Shown here one piece after another: positions 54,189 through 64,000 of a DNA stretch of 64,000 nucleotides (position 1 is its first letter; each line of letters opens with the position of its first letter). The notes beneath the pieces were generated by a model. The model was not told where the DNA came from, ran no database searches, and saw only the letters and a list, made by a program, of their open reading frames with translations. The position numbers and the translations under genes were made by a program. Origin of the DNA: Octopus sinensis. Its lineage: Eukaryota. Where the stretch lies: NCBI RefSeq assembly GCF_006345805.1, contig NW_021835987.1, positions 62,001-126,000 of the forward strand, read 5' to 3'.

Positions 54189-54659
54189 GACTACAGCAAA
54201 TATTCTGCTCAATACCACAGATTTGCTTGTCAGGTGTTTGACCGTAACCAGTTGAGCATGTCCCGTAGTGGCTGACGATATGTGCATCTCTGATCACGAG
54301 TAGAAGTAGTGGGGGAGCATCATAGCCATGTGTTGAGTGGGATTCTTTGGGGTTTGAATGATTCACCTCTGAAAACATGGGTGTTTCATTCAACATCCTT
54401 AAATAACACTTAATCAGGAACCTTTTGAGTGGGATGGGTTACCCAACCAGAGGAAAATACTAACTGGGCCTCTCTTGCAAGGTCATGCACTGTTTATCTT
54501 GATATGAGATTCCCATGTTGCGAACATTTGGTTGTGATGCATGTGCCTAGTGTACCCTTATCAGACGGTTAGTCATGATGGGTATACTGGGCTTCGTATA
54601 TTTGTACCCCAGTGTCACTTTGATGGCATGCACTGCTCTCTCACTCAATAGTAATAATG

Positions 54660-54708
<49 letters not shown>

Positions 54709-54713
54709 TGATG

Positions 54714-54804
<91 letters not shown>

Positions 54805-54833
54805 TAATAATAATAATGATAATAATAATAATG

Positions 54834-54891
<58 letters not shown>

Positions 54892-54903
54892 TAATAATAA
54901 TAA

Positions 54904-57900
54904 AGGAAAACTAAAGGAAACTAAAAGGAAAACTAAATCAGTATACCAAATCGCTTGTCCTATGGTTAATCTGGAAGCGCGTCCCCCAGGGAAGAGCCAG
55001 CCTGGGATCGAAAAGTCATCAACTGGCACAAACTCTTCTCCGAATACGGACATGGATGGTCACTTGAACGGGAAATCCCCCAACTCGAGCCCTCCAATTT
55101 CACCACCACAACCACCACAGAAAGAAAAATGTAAGCGGAACAAATGGACCCGAGAAGAGTATAAAGAAGTAATATACGCTTATTACTATGCATTAGGTAG
55201 GCCATCTCAAGAGAGACACACCGCAAACTCTTACAGTATATGGAGAACACGGAATCAAGACAGTAGGCCCTATTTGGACGAGAACAAATTAGCAAATGTG
55301 AGGAGGGATATCTTTAGAAATAACAGACTCACAGACAGTGAAATAAGTGCGATCAAGCACGCAACGGAAAATGACATAAATATAAGACACAAAGGAAATG
55401 AAGAATCAGATGAACAGTATAGCCCGCCACGAGGCTTAATTGAAAGACTGCCATCTGACCAAAGTACGCAAAGGCCTGAAGATACAAGAAATTCTATTGT
55501 ACCTGTTAAAGATAGCCAGGAAAACGATAAAACAACAGTAACTGAAGATCTCGCATTTGCTGAAGAACACAGAGAGTCTATGGCAGAAATGAGACAGAAA
55601 ATCCTGAATACGCTTGAAGTTGTAAGACATACAAGTACGAATGATAGAGAACCGCTTCATAAACTCTCAAATACAAACCAAAATAAAAAACAAATCCAAA
55701 TTGGCAACTATGTAACAAATGAAATAATACGAGAATTAAAACCTGATTTTACTGAGTTAAATGAAATTATTTACGCTTCTGCTAGGGCAATTAAAACCAG
55801 CTGTATGCCCCCGAAAAAACAAAGAAAACAAAACCTGGGAAGAAATCAAACCTGGAGAAGTAAAATTGAAAAAGAGATTGAATTTATGAGAGGGGAAATA
55901 TCAATATTAAATGAACTAATATGTGGAAATGATGTAAAATCCAGAACAGGAAGAAAGATGAAGAGAAAATTTGGATCCTCACCAAGAGAAGAATTGATAT
56001 CAATAAAAGAAACGCTGAAACAAAAAGTCCAAGCAAAAGCCCAAAGAATACGAAGATTTGAGAAGAGAAACAAGTTTTACAAGCAAAATAAGCTGTTCAC
56101 ATCCAATGCCAAAAAATTCTACAGAGAAATAGGGAAGGAGAAAGTAACCGTTAAAGACCCCCTCCCATGGAAGAAGTTCAAAACTTTTGGGAAAGGATTT
56201 GGAGTGACAAGAAGACGTAGAACATAAATGCAGACTGGATTATACAAACTGAAGGATCCTACCAAAATTTACAACAACAAGCATGGGAAGACATCACAAT
56301 AGCAGACCTAAGAAAGGCACTCACGAAGGCCCATAATTGGAAATCCCCCGGTAAAGATAGGGTGCCGAATTTCTGGCTCGCATCGCTCCCGTGCGCACAC
56401 GGTAAGCTAGTTCAGCTGCTCAATGGAATTTTGAGAGACCCAAAGAAAACACCAGAATGGTTAGCAAGTGGTATTACTTACCTACTCCCAAAGAATAACG
56501 AAACCAACCTTCCAAAAACTATCGGCCTATAACCTGTCTATCCACCACGTATAAAATCCTAACATCTATCCTGGCGGAGAAAACATATGCATTCATGGAG
56601 AAGAACGATATTTTCCCCATTGAACAAAAAGGGTGCCGCCGAGGCCCTTACGGATGCAAAGATCAACTGCTAATCAATCGTATGATCCTTGAGAACTGTC
56701 ACAACAAGAGCAGAAATCTCGGCACCGCATGGATTGACTATAAAAAGGCCTTCGACAGTATACCGCATCCATGGATCTTGAGATCGCTGGACATCTTTAA
56801 AATTTCCCCTGTGATTTCAAACTTCCTGAAGCACAATATGTCGTTGTGGAATACGAATCTCCAATTATACCACTCTAATGGAGTACTTGCCTCAGAAAAT
56901 ATAAACATCAACTGTGGAATTTTTCAAGGTGACTCACTTTCACCTTTAATATTCTGCATAGCCCTAATACCCCTTACAAGTGAATTAAACAGAACAGGGT
57001 ATGGGTATAAAATTGCCAATAAAAAATAAGCCATCTATTTTATATGGATGACTTAAAACTTTTTGGTAAAGACAATAATGAACTTGAAGGCCTATTGCAC
57101 ACCGTGAAAGCATTCAGCGATGACATCGGGATGGAGTTTGGACTTGAGAAGTGTGCCAAGGCCACTTTCCAGAAAGGGAAAGTGAAGACCACAAATTCAG
57201 TCGTGTTAGATGTTGACACAGTCATAAGAGAGCTTGAGCAAGAACAGACATACAAATATTTAGGGATAAATGAAGGCTCTGGTATTCAGCATGCAAGCAT
57301 GAAAGAAAAAATCAGGAAGGAATGTTATAGGAGAGTTCGTGCAGTCCTGAAATCTGAACTAAATGCACGTAACAAGGTGTTAGCTATAAATTCCTTAGCA
57401 GTTCCAGTTGTTACTTATAGCTACAATGTGTTGAACTGGAATATGAGTGAAGTAAAGAATATAGATAGAAAAATACGCAAGCTGCTGAGTTGTAATAGGA
57501 TGCACCACCCAAAGGCAGACGTAGATCGCCTTTACCTTCCCAGAGCCCAAGGAGGTCGAGGCCTGATCCAATTTGAACTAGCTTACAAAACAACCACAAT
57601 TGGACTGGCCAAATATCTCGAAATATCGAATGACTGGATGCTAAAGCTCGTGGAAAATCACGAGAGACGAAAGAAGCTTCATTCTATCATCAAGGAAAGC
57701 AAAAAAATTGCTATTGATCTCGTGCAGGATACCCAAACTGAACAACCCGAGGGAAGTACGGCAACTATTGTTGCAAAGAAGGTGAAAATGATGGCAATGA
57801 AAAAAGCGCACGAGCAATTGGCTGATAGGTGGGAGGAGAAACCTCTGCACGGCCAATATGTGACCCGCAGCAAACAAGCTGATGTTGACCAGAAGCAAAC

Positions 57901-58769
57901 CCATCAGTGGCTGCGGAGCTCAGGGCTAAAAGCAGAGAGCGAAGGTTTCATCCTGGCTGCTCAAGACCAAAGTCTATTAACCCGGAACTACCAGGCCAAT
58001 GTGAGGAAAAATGGAGCAGACCCAAAATGCCGATTCTGCAACGGCATGATTGAAACAGTGGACCACCTAATCTCTGGATGTAAAGTCTTAGCACCAGTGG
58101 AGTATAAATTAAGACATGACAGAGTTGGCCAATATCTCCACTGGCTAATAAGTCGGCATTACAATATCAAAACTGCCGACAAGTGGTATAATTATCACCC
58201 TGAGGCTGTAACTGAAGGAGAAAATGTAACCATTCTGTGGGACTTTCCAGTACATACAGACCGAACCATCAAGGCCAATAAACCAGATATTGTTGTGAAA
58301 GACCAAAACAATAAAGTTTGCTTATTGATCGACATGAGCATCCCCGGTGATCATAATATCTCAGCGAAAGAGTTTGACAAGCTCAGAAAATATAAAGACC
58401 TACTCATTGAAATTGAGAAAATGTGGCATCTCAAGGCGGTTACAATACCAGTGATCGTAGGAGCACTAGGAATGATCAAGAAGGGAACCGAAAATTATAT
58501 GAGAATGATCCCTGGCTTACCATCCCTGCAAGAAGTGCAAAAGATTGTCTTAACTGGTACATCACACGTATTGAGAAGAGCATTGTCGATGTGAGAACTG
58601 TTGCCGCTCATGTATTTTAATTTAACTTTAAAAAAAAAAATTAAAAAAATTAACGAACTACTGAGTTTGGTTTAATGGCCTACCAATATACACTATGAGT
58701 TTCTTTGCCCTAGGAGTCGGGAAGACACTCGGCAAGAAATGGAAGAAAATTTGAAAGAAGAAAAAAAAA

Positions 58770-58773
<4 letters not shown>
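54904..58773 (+). mobile_element. Near full-length R4/Dong-like retrotransposon between (AAT)n tracts, several frameshifts
   Basis: ORF pieces 54961-56227, 56595-57029, 57044-58594: WIDYKKAFDS, MDDLKL, CRFCNGMIETVDHLISGC, KPDIV; long (aat)n on both sides. Confidence 0.93.
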
Positions 58774-58818
<45 letters not shown>

Positions 58819-58889
58819 ATACATACATACATACATTGGAAGCTATACCAACATTATGGAATAACAACAGAAAAAAGATGATATAGGCA

Positions 58890-59530
<641 letters not shown>

Positions 59531-61027
59531 TTTCACGTATTTGCCACCACGTCGAGGAATAAGGGAGCCAAAACACTGACAACCTGAAATTGTTGAGGTT
59601 TACATATAATGAAAAGGAAAGAAAATCATCAACAGACTCCATAACATTCATCTTAAGTCTTTTCCTGGCCTGGGTATCGCATGTGATACACAAGACATAT
59701 TTCGTCTGTTTCCATGCATCATCTGCTATACAAGTTCTCATCTTGGGCTTTTGGGAAAGAAAACATTTATATGATTCAGAGATTTACATAAAGAAGAGCT
59801 AAATTAAACTGTGCACGTTTAGGGCAAACATATAAACAGGCTTTCGACAGGCAAAGGGTTAGATACTATTTTTGAAAAATTAGGGCAGATCCGTGATTTA
59901 ATGCCAATGGGATACAAGCTAGAAGTTGTTCAACCCCAGTTGGGTGAACTGGATTAGGATGTGTGATGCTGACGGCCCCGCCTCTACACGCATACAAACC
60001 CCAGAGACCTAAGAAAAATATTTGGTGCTTTCTCTAAGAATATATATCTTGGGACTTTCTAATTTAGACAATGCCTGAAATATGAGGGTGTGGGTTATAA
60101 ATTGTTATGGAGCCAAGAATTTCACTGATATTTTATTTTATCGATCAGGGTAAGATGACAGGTAAAGTTGACCTCAGCGTGATTTAGTCTCAGAAACCTA
60201 CAGGATTAATAAGGCAAATAATATTTTAACGAGTATGCCAATCCACCTTGCTCCCCACCTGCGGACGTGTGAAAACCCATCTTGAGTGTGTGTGTGTTGG
60301 GAAAGAGTCCCGTAAATCTATGATAAAATTCAGCTCCCAACTCAGCTCAGTTTACACTGTTTCCCTTAATATACCCATGTGTATTCCTAACTGAAAGGGT
60401 CCTGCTACTCTGTTTCAACAAATTCAGTCTGAACCCTACTTTCGGAATGCAAGCAGAATTTTTGAAATCAAAATTTATACCCCAAATTGTAGGTCGACTT
60501 ATACACCAAGACGACTTTGGAACCAAAAGGAAATTTCTATGTGAAATGCTGTAAGATTTCGGAAGATAGAGACGATGTTTAAATGCTTACACTACATGAT
60601 TATGCCATTCACTGTGTCGGATTCTATGCTGTAAAATTCGTTACTGCTTTGCTTTTTTCTTTCTCTTTGTGTTAAATGTTGCATCGAGTGTGTCTGCAAC
60701 GGACATCGTAGATTACGATTCTTCAAATTATATCCTCCTTCAAAAACACGTATTTATCTCTCATTATGTTCCCCCCTCTTCTCCTACATTGTCCAATCCC
60801 CTTTCACATGTTCATCTTGTCAGTACCCTCTCACCTCCTCCAGTCCACTTTACCACTCCACTTACATTCACCTTCCGATAGCCCGCGGGTGTTCCAAGCA
60901 ATGTTTCCACATCTTTTCGTCCTCTGTCTGTCTTTTTGTCTCTCCCTCTTTCTCATTCTCTCATTATATCTCTCTCTCTCTCTGTCAATCACTCTCTCTC
61001 CCCCTCTCTCTCTGTATGTATATATAT

Positions 61028-61070
<43 letters not shown>

Positions 61071-61220
61071 AAAAAAAAAGAGTAATAACTGTTAGAAGTG
61101 CATCAAGTGTGTTTCAAAGTCATTTAATAACGATGAGAATATGCTGAGAGGAACTACCACCAACCGCGTAAAAAGAAAAAAAAAACACCACGACATTAAC
61201 AATAAGGAAGCTCTACTTAC

Positions 61221-61518
61221 ATCTATAGAAGGCAATCTCGTTGCTGTCACTCGTGCTGACGACTGTCATTATATCTTTCGGTGAGTAATTCTTACAAACA
61301 CGGCTGACTTCGTTGTAAGTAAAGAATTCTGATTGGCTCTGTAGAGCGATGCCAGTACATTCCAGTAGACTTTCTCTCTTATAGAATTTTTCCGATGGAT
61401 TCGTCTGAAGGTATCCATAAGAGTAACCAGGAGGCAAACGTTCGTAGTAAGCATCATTAAATTTCTGAGCAAAGGCAACCGCCAGAATTATTGTAAATGT
61501 TAACAGCTGCACTGCCAT
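61221..61518 (-). CDS. Copy A coding exon 1: signal peptide + PAN/Apple-like module
   Basis: MAVQLLTFTIILAVAFA...SLLECTGIALQSQSEFFTYNEVSRVCKNYSPKDIMTVVS...FYR; GTAAGT donor. Confidence 0.87.
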
Positions 61519-61734
61519 TGCAGCTGGACAAGTAAACGGGAACTGGGACATTCTTGGCCCTAACATCAATGGGAAATGTTTAAGAGTAAGGCGGAGTAAT
61601 CCTGAAAGAGAAGAGGAAGATAAATTGAGAAGATGGAAAATGTTTGCGTGTAAGAGGCAAAATGTTTGTAAAAGAAAACGCTAAATGAATAAATTACAAC
61701 TTAGAAGAGAAAAAATAAAATAAATTAAGGTGAT

Positions 61735-62700
61735 TCCTAAAGGCATAGGTCCTGGGTATGATTTTAAACTGCATCCAGCAATGATCCCTGGTTGGGGATT
61801 TCTAGTGTTTTGACGAATTTTGGAACCAGCTCTTAGCCACCGATGTCCCAAGATCTAGTCTGACCCGTAGTAGTAGTGGTTGTCAAGGTTCTAATTATGG
61901 ATTAATTAGTAATTCCTTCGATCGCATGGAGCTCATCATCCAGGTGGTAGTGAAACAACCCTTCTAGAAGATGGAAAACTCTGATTCCAAACCCTCGATA
62001 ACTTGCAACAATATTCAATCATGGGAAAGTGTTCGGGTGAAAATACTCGGGTAAAATTGGGAATCAGAGACCAAGGGGCAGTTCGATGCTGTCTTCAACC
62101 TCACCCCTGCAAATCCTGTGTCGATGCTGTTAACAAATTGTAAGGTTCCTTTCCTTCTTTTAGACCTGTTAATGAGATTGAGATGATGGACACACTATAT
62201 GGGCAACAACTTATTTCTTTATTACCCACAAGGGGCTAAACACAGGGAGGACAAACAAGAACAGACAAACGAATTAAGTCGATTATATCGATCACAGTGC
62301 GTAACTGGTACTTATTTAATCGACCCCGAAAGGATGAAAGGCTAAGTCGACCTCGGCGGAATTTGAACTCAGAACGTAACGGCTGACGAAATACGGCTAC
62401 GCATTTCGCCCGGCGTGCTAACGATTCTGCCAGCTCGACGCCCTACATGGGCAACAACCTGTCCTCCGTACCACACGGCTCTGGTTGGGGTCATATCGAA
62501 TACATTATACTAGAAATATAGAACCGGATATCACACCGGTGAAGAAGAACATAACAATTCAAACAACACAGACTGAACATGCAGATACGTGGCAGAGACT
62601 GCCATTTGCACAGAGTACTGTTCAGAGACAGACAACGATGGTCTGATAGGGCAGGAAGTTACGGGCTTCATACATGGTCATTAATTAGGAACTGAGATGC
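61735..62700. repeat. Conserved upstream block 'U', copy A (interrupted by SINE)
   Basis: Homologous to copies B and C. Confidence 0.75.
62211..62446 (-). mobile_element. SINE family 3 with 12-bp TSD
   Basis: atgggcaacaac at 62199-62210 and 62447-62458. Confidence 0.92.
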
Positions 62701-62720
62701 AGGCTCAGCCTTTCGGGTTT

Positions 62721-62763
<43 letters not shown>

Positions 62764-62796
62764 GTGTGTGGGTGTGTGTGTGTGATATAAATAGTA

Positions 62797-62827
<31 letters not shown>

Positions 62828-63143
62828 TAGAAGCACATGCTTCTAGTGAGTTAGGATCTCAGATCAACAGGGCTCTTAACCGATGAGAGTCTCCTGAGCA
62901 AATAAATTATCGTTATTGCTGCACAAGAACGACGAAAAAACTGCAGTCTAAGAGGAACCGAGTTAGTAAATGTTTTATTTCATTTCACTAAATTTATCTA
63001 GCTTCATGTGTTTGAGCACAATTCGCCTATATAGATTATATGATAATATATGGCATTGTGCTAGAAATACCAGCGATAATAATTAATTATTTTATCGCAA
63101 ATGACTTGTTTATGATATAAAATAGTCAGAGACTATGAATAAA

Positions 63144-63224
63144 TTCAACAACAATGAGGAACGGCTACGATAGGCCGTTCGACCCAAGAGGCCTGTTTGT
63201 AGCCGTTCCTCAATTGTGGTTGAA
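63144..63224 (+). ncRNA. Pre-miRNA-like hairpin (candidate)
   Basis: ttcaac-acaat-gaggaacggctac-gataggcc / ggcctgttt-gtagccgttcctc-attgt-gttgaa; ~33-bp stem, 13-nt loop. Confidence 0.4.
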
Positions 63225-63232
63225 CATATATA

Positions 63233-63270
<38 letters not shown>

Positions 63271-64000
63271 TTACCATATATACACTCAATTTTCTAGTGG
63301 TGTATTGAGTGTGGATATGACTTGAAACTTCACCTGTTGGAGGGAGACCAGATACAAAGTTTCCGGAGCTTTGATGAAATTCCAATCAACTTTCGGTGAC
63401 TATTGATCCCATATCTACTGTAACTCGTAAAAGTAGCACGTGTTACGGTCCCAATTATAGGTTAATTTCCATCTTAGCAAAAGGGGAGCGAAGGACACCC
63501 TAGTTCCAGTAGCAACTTCCTTCTAGGCTAATGTAAAATCATATAGAAAAAAGAACTCTCAAGTTCTCTCTGTGTCTAGTTGTCTCCATCTCTGTTGTGC
63601 CACTGGTGTTATAGCTAAGGGTTCAATGCTGTGCCACACTTTAAACACCCAGAACAAATCAATGCACAGGGATTTCTGTCTTTTTCGGAACGTTTTCACA
63701 CCATACGGAGATCAAGAAATGATCTTACTCGGTCTCCACTTGACTTCCAAAACGCAAATATATACAGTATACTATAATATCTCTATCACTTTATCCGATC
63801 CACGCAGTACAGATACATAAATAAACATGATAACACAGAAGCAATATCAATCAACTGATCTAGCCACAGTCGCATAACTGGGATCTAAACCGTCTTCAAA
63901 GCAGAGCAGCAGCATTGAGGTTCCAACATAGCGGAACATAACGAAACAGAACTTACCTTTGTTACTGATTACACTAACAACTGTGTTTGAAAACGTTAAC

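Noticed and set aside
54575-54903. Signal-peptide + poly-Asn N-terminus on the 550-aa ORF
   Set aside because: Chance read-through of an (AAT)n tract into the Dong ORF, which more plausibly starts near 54961
62453-62482. Actin/Arp3-like match for AVWYGGQVVA
   Set aside because: Only a short motif; the following sequence does not resemble the actin C-terminus

Overview
AT-rich, microsatellite-dense eukaryotic nuclear DNA, most likely an octopod cephalopod (inferred from the mitochondrial gene order and SINE families). (1) 226-~5690 is a decayed nuclear copy of mtDNA (NUMT: cob, nad6, trnP, nad1, trnL2, trnL1, rrnL, trnV, partial rrnS, all on the - strand), interrupted by two SINEs and carrying an in-frame 18-bp x8 expansion in nad6. 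(2) The backbone is a tandem, minus-strand gene family with two copies (A 61518-48305; B 38172-19335). Each has five coding exons: signal peptide + PAN/Apple-like module + a ~200-aa Trp/Cys-rich domain I cannot name. Each copy carries one disabling lesion (A: TAA in coding exon 2; B: 1-nt deletion at the end of coding exon 1). Shared upstream blocks imply a third copy just left of the window, and the NUMT is inserted into one of these blocks. (3) A Penelope-like element (RT + GIY-YIG, pseudo-LTRs) at 22.9-28.0 kb is followed by a 362-bp x4.5 tandem array in which each complete unit has a minimal type I hammerhead ribozyme fold (retrozyme-like). (4) R4/Dong-like LINEs are stacked in (TAA)n tracts of the same intron in both gene copies. 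Also present: CR1-type, Tc1/mariner, Helitron-like and gag-like remnants, many tRNA-derived SINEs, a 4.2-kb tandem duplication and a pre-miRNA-like hairpin at 63.1 kb. Most ORF-track entries are microsatellite artefacts.
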